Source: Azolla caroliniana
Lineage: Eukaryota; Plantae; Polypodiophyta
DNA: 64,000 nucleotides
Direction: 5' to 3'
Assembly: GCA_043228905.1 (NCBI GenBank)
Contig: JBHGNT010000009.1
Location: 8,990,001-9,054,000 of the forward strand
Below are positions 13,450-27,900 of this stretch, piece by piece (the stretch's first letter is position 1; the number at the start of each line of letters is the position of its first letter). The translations under genes and the position numbers were made by a program. The notes under the pieces are model-generated. The model ran no database searches and was not told the DNA's origin. It saw only the letters and a program-made list of their open reading frames with translations.

Positions 13450-14272
13450 AGAGTGAAATGGTAATGTTGTTCCACTAGTATGTAGATAAACTTCTAATAA
13501 CATAGTATTGTTGTAATCACATGTATATATTTCATTATAATTAATATTTGATTCTTCTTTGGTTGGGCTTGTGAACTATGTGCTTTGAGGTAGGCATTGA
13601 TAGTTGCCCATTGTAGATTGTCATAATAGTTTGATGAGGATCAATGTACATATTTCCAATGCAAATACACTTTTTATGGTGGGGTGGTAGTTGAGGCAAT
13701 GGCCACCAACTGGTTTTGTGTGACTACCTTTGATCAATTACTATGAGACAAATAATTGTATATGAGATGCTACGATTAAAGGCTTGATGAGTTTGTTGTA
13801 GTTATATTTATATCTCATATATGAGCATTGTTGAACATTATATTTAATTAGCGTGATTCTAGCAATGTAGTTACATATTACACTTCTTTTCTCAGGCATG
13901 ATTTCCTCGATATTTTGTGTAATATTTCAAGGTTCTTTTTCTATCTCTATAATGTATTAATTACTAGCTGACCCCCTCGCATCTAAACAAATTTGATTGT
14001 CAAATAACATAGAATATCAACAATCACAAGATTGTTTTTAGTTACAAGAGAATGCTATAGAATGTATATGATCAATGAAACGTGCCTCCATAACTTTAGA
14101 ATAGGCTCAAGGATGCAACACCATTGTTTCCTCTATCCCAACCATAAAGCCAAGAATGTCCAACCTTCACCTATTCAAACTTGTGGGGAAATAGGTTCTC
14201 GCCATCTTTACAAAATCAATCCAAGCTTTGTGTCGTGGGAGATAGGTGGCCAACGATGACTATTCTCACAAT

Positions 14273-14980
14273 TAGGAATTGGCAATGGTTCGGTTTAGGC
14301 TTAATTGGTTTGGCCTTATCCAAGCCAAACCGGTTAAGCCTAAACAATTTTGGGGTTCTCAAACCTGAACCAAACCAAACCAAACCGATCCCTAACCCGG
14401 TTTGTGAAGCGGTTTGGGACAAAAAAGTTGAAGATACCCAAAAAACACCAATACCACTACCACTTCGTCCTACTCTCCTCCTCCTCCTCATAACTCCCAC
14501 CCCCTTGGCCTTACCACTGATGAGTCAAACTCAACTCCAAGTCCCACCTCCACGACTCCCTCTTTGTAGACTACTATGGTTGGTCGGCTGACATCCATGA
14601 ATCCCTTGAACCATGAAGCCCGAGGCTATGGCGACCTATCACTCTCGATGATCCAATCCTTCTCCAAACTGATCTTCCACTATGCAAGCTCTCTCACCCT
14701 CTCTATCCCTCCCTCTCTCGTCACTCAATAGTATGTTGCCCATGGCTTCCTGTCAGTCTCTCTGTCAACTTTCAAGTTCTAACGTCTAACTTTATAACTT
14801 TCTAAACCCTAATTCTTAAATCACATAAACAACTTAAACGACTTAACTGGTTTGAGACAGTTTGGCAAGGCTCAAGCCAAGTTGAACCAAGCTCAAACCG
14901 TTTAGGTAGTCAAGCCTAAACCGAGCTGCTAATCCGTTAAAAACATGTTTAGGCTTGAGCCGAGCCGTTGCCGATCCCCA
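14273..14980. mobile_element. hAT-type non-autonomous element
   Basis: TIRs TAGGAATTGGCAA / TTGCCGATCCCCA; 8-bp TSD CTCACAAT / CTCACGAT; AAACC(G) subterminal repeats. Confidence 0.85.
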
Positions 14981-15547
14981 CTCACGATCGGAAGAGACAT
15001 GTGTGGAAAAGAATCGTTGGTCAAGCTTGGTAACAGAGTGAGGATTGTCAATTGATATGGCGGGAGGTGAGGGGGGGCAATTTGTGATGATGAATGGTAG
15101 ATAGGTAAATATTTTTTAGCGTCCATAGAGAGGCCAATGTTGGCCCATAGGACTAACTACTAGCACTACGTCGTCTTGGGTTTGAAACCCAAATTGTGCG
15201 CCTCTATTACGTCACACGTATCTCTTAATATACTAGATGCTACTATAGAGTGTAGGGGTTGCACCCCATGACCTCCTGGTTTCCATTGGGCAACCTTACC
15301 AATTGAGGTATGGAAGGAGGGAGGGGTATTTCGGGAGATAAACAAAAGCTGAGGGCTATTGCCCCCATGTACATAGTACATACTGTATTGTCCTGTCCTG
15401 TTCTGAGCAAGGGAAGAAAAAAGGAACGATAGCTTAGTTCAGATCTTCCATCCTTACCATTATTGGCCTTTGGAGGAGGAGCAGATTCTGACAAAAAGAA
15501 GCAGCAGCAGAAGGAGAAGGAGAAGGAGAAGGAGAAGAAAGAAGGCC

Positions 15548-15729
15548 ATGCCAAGCGCAGAGGAACTCTCGACCATTGGAGGGATTGCCACCGTCTCGCT
15601 TCTTCACTCCTTCATCCCCACACACTGGCTTCCCTTCTCTATTGTAGGAAGAGCTCAGAAATGGAGCCTTTCAAAGACCCTTCTCGTGAGTAAGTACTTC
15701 TTCCACAGCTCTGTTGGTATATATACATA

Positions 15730-15777
<48 letters not shown>

Positions 15778-17776
15778 TAGAAAATCCTAGACAGTTGTAG
15801 CTCAGCTGGTAAGGTCGCCTGACAGACCAGAACGTCATGCGTTCAACCCTTCAATTCTACAGCATCATCTAGTAAAGTAGTGCATATAGTGAGATTTGAA
15901 CCCGAATCATGGGTTAGGCCAAAAGAGCAGATGAGATCTCAACAGTGCATATAGAGAGATTTCAAACCCTTTGCTGGTCATGTGAATAATTCACACTGCT
16001 AATATCATGGATTAAATAGAGATATGGGTAATGTACAATGCTCTTTAACATTTGTCTGGGGTTAATGTTCTAATACTTGATTGTTAACTTTTCAAGTTGT
16101 AGCATGGAACTATTCTGTCTCTGCCAAATAGAGAGTTTTGGAGCCAGATGTGATTTATGCAGGATCATTATGTCACAAATGTGTGAACAATTGTATGTAA
16201 ATAAAAAATAAAGAATGTGAATTTGTGTAAAGCTTAAAAATAATAGAGAGATCTTAAGTAAAAGAATGGTAAGGGTTTTGTGTATAATAGAGAACGAGAT
16301 GGATGAAATGTTACGTTAATTTCTTTGAAAGGACAAAATGACTTACGAGACCAAATAGATTACAAGTGAAGTCCAATAAAATACAAGAGAAAATTGAAGA
16401 AAAGGTACATCAAGTGAGATCTAGCAAGAGGATCTCTCTAAGATCGCTTCAAGGGGCAATGGGAATGTTCCATCGTCGAGTATGCTCAGTGGTGCACAAT
16501 GGTGCTTTAGATCTGGTGATGCAATTGGGCTCCTGTAATGCAAAGAGCCACATAGTAAGGACAGCAAGAGGAACCCAACAATTGGACAGTGTTATTTTGA
16601 GCTGGAGATGTGTCTATGTGGTCAACTTCCACTAAAGAAATGGTGATCTGGGTTGGATAGATGTGGGTTCCTCCAAATCTCATCGTGAGATTCTCTCCAA
16701 GTTTACAAGTCTCAAGTAGATGCAAAGACCCAGGAATCTCTGGTCATAGTAAACCATGACATGAGTGAAGTTTCTAACAATTTTCTGAAGATGTACCGAT
16801 AATGCCTTTGGATTTTGTAGTAGAGTAGGCTCTGCGAGTGTAATGTGCTGCGGTAGAGACCAGATGGTCATATAGAATAACATTCATGAGACCTGAATCC
16901 AATGTATGTTCATAAATACATGGCTTGTGTCTAGGCCGTAGAGTAAAGTTCCAATATGAGATAGATAGGTAGGTAGATGTTATTATCATTCTCAGAGGTT
17001 AAATATGACCTATGTTATCAAAAGCAAAACATTTTTACTTAGCATGTATGGAATTGAGTTAGGACCCAGTGCTCATTAATTTTATTTATGAAAAATTCAA
17101 TCAAGAGTGCACATTGTGAATGTGAGAGGAAGGTGGTAGGGAGTGAACTAGATTGCCAATGTGTGGAAAGCAAACTTGAATCTGGTTGAAAGCAGAGGTT
17201 TGTATCAAAATGCAATACTCGGATTCTAACTCCACACTGCCCTCCATCACAAAAAAAAGAATGTGGGCTAAGTTGTATAAAACCATTGGTGTAGACATTG
17301 GAGAAATGGATGGGCTCTAGCATATATGGGTGAGTGTAGTTTACCAACTTAGGACATGGAAATAGTTTTGTAGTTTGGTACAACATATGTTGTATAATGT
17401 GTGAAATGTCAACATCCACACCTTTCCCAAGCCATGATACATAGTCTTGCAAAAAAACCTCATCCACGAAGGAATCCATCGATACATCATGAAGTAAACA
17501 TAATCTATCCCATCTTTCTAACCATTTCTTCACATTGTGCATGCATCCAAACCTAATATTTGGCTTTTCTATGTCTTTTTTTATTGTTCTCTTGCGATTC
17601 TCTAATGTTGATGTGAGAGTTTTATTTAAACTTTAAGCGTGGACTCAACAACCCTTTCACTGGCCATGATCGCAATGGGAAGTGATCCGATCTCAAAATG
17701 TAGGGCTTTTATAGCTTGACTTGAAGAAACTTCATTAGAAAGGGCTTTTGGACATTTTTCAAACTCTTTCAAAGTG

Positions 17777-17863
<87 letters not shown>

Positions 17864-19316
17864 ATTATCGTCTTCGAAGGTCAAATATGATCTATGAGAC
17901 CAAAAATACTTCATTTTCATGAAGTAGATGTGAAAGTGAGAAGCAACTCTTGCTCTTCAAGACCGTTACTAATGTAAGTCGTAACTGAGAGTGCACACTG
18001 TGTTTATGAGATAAATTTGGGCAAGGATTGGGTTTGGTTGAAGATGTGGAAAGTATAGCTAGATGTGATCAAAGGTAGAGCATTGTCTCAAAGTGTGATA
18101 CTTAAGACTCTTGAACTTGTTTAGGGCAAAGTGTGTATAGTCGATTACTCTCATCAGTTGTGCCCCAATGTTGTGTCTCACATTGTAATGAGTGTGAGCT
18201 AAGTTGCATGGAAGCAATAGTTCGGATGGTAGTCAACAGAATGGGCTTCAACATGTATTGATGTGTGCAGCTTTCCCCATTCGGCAAAGAACATGGTTTT
18301 GTGGTTGGGTGCAAAATATGTAGTATAATATGTGAAGGGTGAGCCTCCACGTCTTTACCATGTCATGATACATTGGCATTGCAAAAAGGCCTCATTCACA
18401 AAGGAATCTATTGATGCATCATATGATTGAGAGATGTATAAGCGTTCTCAAACGCGAAACATGGGGTTATGAGAATCTCTTGGCAACACTTTACAAGTTC
18501 AAAACTAGATTTCATGGAAGCGTCATTAATGAATTACTCCTTTATAGTCTTTCTAGAAAGATGCAATACTTTTTGTGACGTTGTATCAAACTTTCCTTTT
18601 TACCATTAATAATCATAGGAAGTTGGTGAGAAATGCAACGATGTTCTTCCGTAGAATGCCTTGTACCTTACAAGCTTTATTTAGTATACAGTCAATACAA
18701 TTAGCTGGTTACAGAATTTTGTTGTATTAGCTGACTTATATTGTTTTGGTATATCACAGCTGCATTTGGAGCAGTGTGCCATGTTTTTTCAACAAGTATT
18801 CTTGGTCTCACTGCAATAACAATGGCCAACAGCATTGCCAGTGAAGAGACAGTACATAAGCTTGCATCACTACTACTGGTATTCATGGGAGCAAGTTACA
18901 TCGTGCTCTTCATTTTTGGGAAAGGAAAGCATGGTCACTCACATAACCATTCAGTAGAAAAGATGGCTGTGGCTGGCCTTATATTGGTGCCAACATTGTC
19001 ACCTTGTGCTACCACATTACCTGTATTTTTAGCTGTGGGAAATTCTTCATCAAGCTTGATAGCACTTGCTATTGCAGTGCTACTTTCTAGCACCTTAGTT
19101 GTAATGGTAACATTAGTGGCATTGTCTTTCTATGGAGCAAGCCAGCTCAACTTTCATTGGGTCGAGAAATATGACAAAGCTCTTGTTGGCACTGTACTTT
19201 GTGTGGTGGGTTTTCTAACCTACTTTTTCCATCATCATGATCATGATGACGAGGTTAGTTCGCATGTCGAGGCTATTATCGACCATTTTCAAAATATTCA
19301 TAGGAAGTTTTTATGA
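15548..19316 (+). CDS. Conserved plant membrane protein, UreH/RcnA-like putative Ni/Co transporter (~232 aa); exons 15548-15689 and 18760-19316
   Basis: A phase-1 GT-AG intron joins KTLLV-TAFGA. About six hydrophobic helices, SLLHSFIPTHW (HxxxxxH) in TM1, His loop KHGHSHNH, LSPC motif and HHHDHDDE tail. Confidence 0.9.
15734..15774. repeat. (GA)n microsatellite at the start of intron 1
   Basis: About 20 perfect GA units. Confidence 0.97.
16980..18420. repeat. Old diverged direct duplication within the intron (copies ~16980-17500 and ~17860-18420)
   Basis: Shared blocks AGGT(T/C)AAATATGA(C/T)CTATG, GAGTGCACA and CATGATACAT...GCAAAAA..CCTCAT.CAC.AAGGAATC appear in both copies. Confidence 0.7.
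17780..17859. repeat. Compound (TA)n(GA)n microsatellite
   Basis: Perfect TA run followed directly by a GA run. Confidence 0.97.
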
Positions 19317-20206
19317 ATCCCTACTAAAAGCACCGTTGAGTGGCTGAAAATGTGTATTTTCATGACAGTTTTTGCCGCTATTACATATCTAGTAAACTGT
19401 CTATTGTTTTGAGTGTTGATCATTAGTTCATCACCTTCTAGTGGCGGAAACGCTGACATCTCAGATCTTGTTTTATGCTTATTTGATGCTTTAACCAACC
19501 CATCAATGTGAAAGTGGTTTTGATACGTACTCTCATCATGTAATGTATATCTGTCCTGCAAAAGTACTTGAAATTATAAGCAAGATTAGTAGTTGACTAT
19601 CTGGTTTACATTTGCTTAGTCAAAAAACATTGTGATTTTGTCATTTGCTATAATGTACTCACCTTTTGAAGACCATTGCATTTGTATTTGGAAGATCATT
19701 CACATCAATAAAATGAATAAACTTGATTGTGTCTCTTAAGATTTGTTCAGTAATGAATTTGACCAATGCTGTGAAATAGAAAAACATGAATCTATTGCAA
19801 TTTTCTAGATTTTTCAATTATATAGCATTGGGAATGCTGATGTATTCGCTCTCCAATATATAGTTTACAATGCCAGTAATCAAATCACAAAGATATTGTA
19901 CCCTCCATAAAAGTATACAATTATACAATGCTGATGTACATAAAATGTCTTTACCACAACACATTTAATTGTGGCATCGAGGAATCTAAACCTTATTTAA
20001 TCACATTTGAGTATCAGTGGATAAATCTCCGTGATTTATGGCACAATAACAAATCAAACTTAAGACTTTCTAAAGGATAGAAATTCCAATGCAGTTCAAC
20101 TTTCGGTGTTGGAGCCTTGAAGCTTGTTTTCAGCAAATTTCAACTAAATAACTTGTAGAACAAACATTAAGCTCAAGTGCTATTGGGTATGGGTATAGTA
20201 CCAATC

Positions 20207-21144
20207 TGACGACTTACGACATTGTGGTGTGCATGTGTTCCTTTGTGCCACCCTTTTAACGCACCTTTTTTAGCTAAGCCAACCAACCCAAATGGGTACC
20301 TTTGAATCAACTATAAATTGAGTAGGAAGTTAATTAGGTTGTGTGCATTTCACATAGGAGCAGGAACAAGAACAATGGCTTGTCGAAGGAGGGGCAACAT
20401 CTGTTGGAGATAGAACTCACAAGTGGCACTATCCATGTTGGTAGGTTTTGAATGGACATCAATGGACAATTTTGGTGGGAGGTGAGGCTTACGCCCATAG
20501 AGTGCTCGAAAAGGGTTGATTCGTGTCAACGCCTGTACGGATGTATTGTAGGCGTAGGTGACGAAAGGCAAGATTTGATCCCAAGTTTTGTGGCATGGAT
20601 GGATGTAAGCGGCAATCTCCTTCTTGAGGGTCTCGTTGAGGCGTCTGGTGAGGCCATTTGTCTGAGGATGGTATGGGGACTTAAACACCTGTTGAGCTAC
20701 AACAACATTGAGGACATCCTCGTGTAACTGGTGGCCATGATAAGATAATAGTTGGACGAGGCTAGTGACGAAAAACGAGCTAACAATTGGTGGATAGATA
20801 TCAATCACTCTTGTGAACTGAGGGCCACCTAAACTTGGCTGAGGTGGGGGACAAGAGGGCTATCGTGTGGGAAGGGGATCGAAGAAACTTGTGGGACAAG
20901 AAGTTAGTGACAACCAAAGGTGAGGGGGAAGAGGTGGATGCTTGGATGTGGGCGACTGGTACCCTACATCTCCACCAATATGTGAAATGCACATAAGAGA
21001 TCAAAACCAACCTACTTAGCTTCTTACTTCTTGCTCAATTTATAGTTGATACAACGGTACCCATTTGGGTTGGCTTAGTTAAAAAGGGTGTGCTAAAAGG
21101 GTGTCACAAAGGAACACATGCACACCACAATATCATAGATGATA
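20207..21144 (-). mobile_element. Ginger/GingerRoot-like DNA transposon derivative: ~120-bp TIRs around a retroviral-type integrase core fragment
   Basis: 20215-20330 is the reverse complement of 21025-21140. Internal ORF 20350-20808 has SPYHPQTNGLT..LNETLK...WDQILPFVTYAYNTSV...PFRALYGR. No LTR, PBS or RT; TSD unresolved. Confidence 0.75.
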
Positions 21145-21918
21145 ATTACTATATGCTTATTGACTCTTGACATTGAATTAAATACTACACCCCAAATTTC
21201 TCTATTCAAGTTTTGTCATTTCCCCCCAATACAAATACACAAGATCCATTCCTACCCTCATATCCACTTTTTGGGCAATTCTATGGTGAATTAATCACTC
21301 TTTCAATTTTGGGGCATTTGGAGATATAAGTAAAAACTGAGGTGTTTGATTTCCCATCATTTTAAATGATACATTGTTCCATGACAATTCTATATATTGT
21401 CGTGTTATTATTTGAAATGCTTGAAATGCTTCATCCATTACTTGATGAAATGAGTAGATCTCTTATTGTGATTGGATAATTCTCATCACACAATGACCAT
21501 GTTATTATAATCAATATGTGGTTCAAAATGGTTAGTATACACCATGAGATGGATTGAGTTCTAGTACGCTCATTACCAATAGTTTATTGAGACAGCCATG
21601 GACAGTTCCAGAGCCACCGATAAGTAATGGGGCCAATGCATTCTTCAAGGTTTTCCCATTGTTATCATTATCACCATGACAAATTTATGTTCATATACTG
21701 GACCTAATAGTTGATAGTTCTGTAATAATTTGTAAGTATATATTGTTTATACTTCTGCTTTTGTATAATAATCTAATGCCAATTTAAGAGTATTACGGTT
21801 GAAGTCAATATGTTCAGGATATTTTCATCAGTCAAGCTCTTTGCAAGCTATTTAATGGTGATTTAATGCAAGAACTTGTATTAAGATCAATGCCAAACTT
21901 GAAGAATGTCTCTGTAGA

Positions 21919-24900
21919 TTATTTGTTACCTCTTAATTTTTCCTGTTCATCAATTGGTTCAGTCATCATATCTTCTACAGATGAAAATTTCTCTTCAAAA
22001 GGTATGGAAGAAGTCACACTTTCAGAATACAAGACCATATCAGTGTCCTGGATCGACACATCTTCATTTGTGCAATTTGATTCGTTATCAAGAACCAACT
22101 CAGGGGAATCTTGTCTACCCACAGAAATTTGGGAATCTAGTTCATTCGTGTAAATGGGTTCAGGAGCTACTTCCTCGATATCTTTTGACTGATTGGCTGA
22201 AGCTAGATTTAAACCCACAGAACTTAGGGAAGTCAATCGATCATTCGTTATACTTGAAGTCTCAACTGAAATATTTTCCTTGAAATACCCTGTTCCAATA
22301 AGTAAGAAAATTGCACTTAGAGGGCAACTGAAAAACCACCGCATCATTAAGAAATGATATTCAGAATACAGATGCTGTTAAACCTGTAGCAGCCTCAGAA
22401 TTGTCTTTTAAGGGAATTTCAGATAAAAGTAATGGTTCTTTCATTATTGTTGCCACAATTCCTTTTTGTTCTGACATGTCCTTAGTTTTCTCATGGCTAC
22501 TATCGTATGAAATATTTTCAGAGTGAGTAAATCCTCGAGAGAAAAGGGTGTCAGCTTTGTGTCTCCAAGATGGTGAAGTAGATGTTGGTATTCTTTTTTC
22601 ATCACGACCTTCAAAAGGTAAAATATGCATTGGACCCTTTTCTTGTGTCAAGTCAGAATAAGCACCTATTAATTGCTCACTTGTGTTAGCAACTTTATTG
22701 AAGGAGCTTTTTCCTGCTACATATTCATTCTTCTCAACCTTAACAATTTCCCAAGGCTGCAAAACAGTAGATATATTAGCACACAAGCAGTTTCATTAGG
22801 GTAATTATATTACATAAGAATTGCAATTTGATTTTTACTCATGCATATATATGTTAGCAGTAATGGCAAACAATAATGTTTACTTATCGATATTATTAAC
22901 CCTGTTATCTCTTTGTCTCACAAAATCCACACGGAAAAGGAAGTGTCTTGATACTGGCCAAAATCATGTTTAGTATATGATGACAAAACCATTCGATCCA
23001 ATTGATAATGTGTTTCTATGTTATATTCATTCTTTTGTCAAACACAATCCATATATTCATGTAAATCTAAGTTTCAATTCTTTTTAACAAAGAACAAGCT
23101 GACACTGGGCTACTGAATGATTAGAGTAGGCCACTTGCCACAAGCAAATGGTATAATTGTCTGAGAGATTAAATTATCAGAGGGTCTCACCATCAGCAAC
23201 CAAAGTCATCACTCAAAATGTTGACAGATTGAGCTAAAAGGAGCTCAAGGATTGTTTGGCATGCAGCCTCTGCTCAGGATTAAGCTACTTGTGGAAAAAG
23301 GAGGGTCACTGTTAGGAGAATCTGGTTGAACACCAACCTTATTGCGATAAGAGAGGAAGCAGAAGTCCAGACCATTGACTTCATCCAAACCGACTCAAGG
23401 ACTAGCATGAACTGTTAGGCAGGGTATGTTGAATAAGTGACAACTACTGAAGAAGAAACTAACTTGTGTCGGGTATGAAGGCTCAAGAATTCTTCATTCG
23501 TACATTTATTAAGGCCCTTCCAACTAAAGTTCTCTTGAGAGCTTCTAGGACATATTTGGGTCACGTGGCCAGTGACAACTGGCCAAATGCCCTAAAATCA
23601 CATTCTAATAAAACATTAGAAGTTTCCCCCTTAAAAACAGAGTACTTGGGGGCTCCAAAACGTTTGTGTATCTTCTCCCTCTCCCGTGTTTTCTCTGCAC
23701 TTGAGGCATTTTCTTTCCTGTTACTCCTTCAAATCGACCATTACAGATAGGTGGCACCAAAACGAACCTCTTGGCTGACTCTCAACTGGTATCAAAGTAA
23801 CGTTCTAACTCTTGAAACAAAAGCGCTGCCAACAAAAGAGTGTTGTTGATGCAATTCTTGAAGCACTTCAAGTTTCTTGGAGAGGTTTCACCATGAGAAC
23901 AGGTTCAAAATAGAAGGAATCCCATAAAGACTTGCTGTTTGTAGGTACTCCAATGCAAGTCACCTTCACTGTAATATTCCATCCAAATTCAGTTCAAACT
24001 GGTTCTGCATATTCCCCTTGCTGCCCCACCAAAGTGTCAAAGATCAACACGATCTCATCAGAAAATAGAAATATTTGTATGACTATACTTGCTAGACATG
24101 CTCTTGAACCCCGGAATGTTATGCAATGTGATGCCTGATTTACAAGGTAGCATCTATCTTAGGTATGCGTTTTGCATCACGCTCCCAAATTTCAGCCAAA
24201 ATATAACATCAATATCTTGCGCTACATCACTTAGTCCTAACCCCTTATCACATGGATACCCTTTACAATTCCAAAACATGATTTTCAAAATTGAGGTATC
24301 TATGGTCCCATGGGTCATCACCATTGTTGTAGAATACTTAGTATACAAACGCATAGAATACATATGCTAAGTATTCTAAAAGTATTTGAATATGTATTTT
24401 ACAGATAAAATATGTTAAATATGTTAAATATGTTAAATACTTAAAATATGTGTAGATTATTATTTTAAATACGTAGAATACATGTAAAATATGTTAAATA
24501 CTTCTTAAAATTTAAAGCTTTTTTTTTTAATCTTAAAATTTTAAATTTCTTTAAACTTTTTTGAAATGTTAAATAATTGTTAAATACATAAGAATATATA
24601 GAATACGTGAAAAATTATAAACTGGCAGTTCTAAAACGTAGAATACGTGTAAAATAATTCAGAGTATTCTAGCACGTATTCGCGTTTTTTAACAACTATG
24701 GTCATCACTTTCTATGCAGTTTGAATTCCTTTCTTAGATGCATATGCTCTTGCTCTTTTGGAGTTCAATCCTCCATTACAAAGAAACTTGTACCCTTGAG
24801 ATACACCCTACTTCTATCTAAGATGATAGCTCTTTTGCATTCATCTTGGATTCTACAAACAATTGCTCTAACCTTTTCTTACAAACCCTATGTGCGGCAT

Positions 24901-27900
24901 ATACAGTAACATCTCGCATAACAAAACTATCTTCAAAGAATTTTGTAATATTCTCTATCCGAGAAAGTGCATTCTCTATTTCATCCTTTGGCATGCCTCT
25001 AAAACATATTAGAACCTGCTGTCTAAACATATTAGAAAGTTTTCTTTGAGAGAGCTTTCCGATGAGCTAAAGATCAGAAAAAATGGTGAACTGAGCAGAA
25101 AACGGCAAGCTGAAAACAGAGAGAGAGAGAGAGAGTACATCCTTGTTCACTCCAATTGTGCTAGCCACAACCTCCGACAACCCATTAGGAGACCACAACT
25201 TTCCTGACACAGATTCATACAATGCATAGATTTTCCATTGCATATCTATAGCAACACCAAGGGCTTCTAGCAGCTGCATGTTGTGAGCGCATGGTAGTGT
25301 GTCAAAAACCTTTTGATAACAATATGATAAGGGCTTGGAAGGACAGCATGTGATCCAATATGGTGAACCCCTTCCAAAAGCCTGCCTGTCCAGCTGAACA
25401 GATTTCTTTCTGCCTGTACACTCAATTCTGACTCTAGAATTGAGCCATATAGTTTTCCAAGTAAGGGCCAATAATGATTGTCCTATAATTGCTTACCATC
25501 ATGGGGTCTCCATTCTTGAAGATTGGCACATTGGTATGTTCTTTCCAGCTAGTGTAAAAATCTTCACACAGCTCTATTAAAAATGTGCGCATTGATGGGT
25601 CTCTGCATGCATAACAATATTTGTGGTGCTGAAGGCGTCTTCAAAACACCCAGCATCTGTCCTTAGAGAGCCATTGCAATTCCATATAGTCATGCATACA
25701 GTCTCATAGGCCATACATCATCAAGCAACTCTTTTCTCTGTAATAACGACCTTACCATCTCTATATACAGCCGATTTTCCTTCCTCTCTTGCATCTAGAT
25801 TAAATATTTAGAGACATACAGGCGTGCATGCATGTACACACACTTGATATGACGAACACATTTTGCAAAATTCCTTCCCCACTCGTTCTTACTTTAGACT
25901 GGAATGAGACTCTCATACATATTCTTTACAAGGAAAATTTCCACAAATTTCTTATGGACAAACATCCAACATGCTTACGTCAAAAAACAATTCTTGCCAC
26001 AGTTATTCCCTAGATGCTCTATGAAGTTATTCTAAGCAAGTATACCTTTGGTCTTGGCTGCAAACAAGACATAGAAGGAGGCCGATGTGGGTTTGGAGGC
26101 TTATCATTGATTTCCTGTTAAGTTTTCAAAATACAGTTTTCAAAATTCTTACATTTTCTATGAGAACAAGTTATGTAGAAGTTACAATGTTTTACCAGAA
26201 TCCCAGGAGGTTTTTCTCCACGTTCTAAAATAGCCAAAACCTTAGCCACAAGAAAGAAACATTAATTAAGTTCATTGAAAGAAAAGGAGCATCGCCCATT
26301 AGATCTAAATGTTATGTAACCATAAGAAGTCTATAGAAATTTAAAACAGCAGTGTCTTGATATCTCAAATAATGCTAACCCTTTTAAAGAGATTGTTGTA
26401 TTCATGTAATATGAGTGTGATCTTGATGCAGCCCATGGAAAAAGGACATAAAGCAATTGACTCAATGGTGATCACAGAGTTTCTTGTCACCATCACAATA
26501 ATTATCTTCCTATATTAGGACATCCTGCATTTTTCTTTGAATCCTCTATACCACTGATGGTCATTCAAGAGGATCATAAGGGAGTCCCAATTTAAAAATT
26601 AACTCCATCAATCAATCTTTAATAGTTGAATACACCTAGGCTAGAAAAGACTATAAGGTTACACAAAATGTTAGAGAAAAATGAAAAAAGAAGATCAGAA
26701 CCGTACATATCAGATAAGAACCAGGATTTTTTCATTTTCAGTACATCTATCTACATTGTCAGCAGACAACAGAAGTTTAGTTCTTCTATATCCAGGAACA
26801 ATGGTGGAAAGGAGAAGTATTTCACCTCAAGGTAAGATGCTGAATGTGGAGCGTGGTCAGGTTTTTTTGATTGACTTTCTTCTGGTACTTGATCTGTTAA
26901 CAACAAAGACATCACTTAAACAACCATTGATGTATCAAGTTTTTGCAAGAAATAACAAAACACGAGATCCCTGACATATCACACACCTCTACTCCTTGTT
27001 GCACCAGTTGGTTTGCCCAATAACTAGTTTGCAAAGAACAAAAATATTTCTATATTAGGTGCATTATAAAGTACAGCATTAGTAACTAAAGTTATTCACC
27101 AAAAAGAAAAAATGTAATAATCTCATCTATCAAAGGAAAGATATGATCTCAAGCACTGGACGCACAACTTAAAGGGCTAATAAAAAGTAATTGGCATATC
27201 TTGCTCAGGTGCCTGGCATATGTTACAATAGCTCAATTTCCTACATATTCTATCTTGGAAGCTCTTCATAAAGGGGGTTTCTGCTATGGCTACAAATATT
27301 AGCCGCAATTACAGGACAATAAGGAAAATCCTCAATTTTTAGGACAGAACCCAAATAACTTGTATGAGGATTGACTGCAAACTGTTTCCGAGCAAATTCT
27401 CAAATATTTCACATCATCTCCATTTTTTCTTTGGAATAATTATGTATTTAATCTAGTTTTAGGTTACCACAATATTAGAAAATTGCTGTATTTAGATGGA
27501 AGAATTTACACCTTCTGGCCAGGCGCCAAATCTGAATTTTTCCAATTACCATTTGATTGCACTGCAAGAAACACATCATTTGTGTGTAAAATAAAGTAAC
27601 TAAAAGGTTAAGATAAAATATTACATATTATCATCTTCACACACTATAGTTCTTCCAGTGCTTTAAGTAATTGAGCATAGGACATCATCATAAATATTGG
27701 ATACACATTAATAGCAAATATGATCATTTCTAGCCATTCACTAAAACATAAAACAGATTTCCCCAAAAGATGCATTGTGACTTGATATCCTCTAAACTTA
27801 TATACCAAGGTGAAACTCATTGTGGAGCATATAAGCATTACTCTGAGCTATATTACGAGAACATGTTTATGGGCATGGCTCTTTTAACCGGTGTATACAA

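Noticed and set aside
15470-15547. Poly-Arg N-terminal extension of the membrane protein
   Set aside because: It starts at TTG and translates a (GAAGGA)n 5' UTR repeat; recognisable protein begins at ATG 15548.
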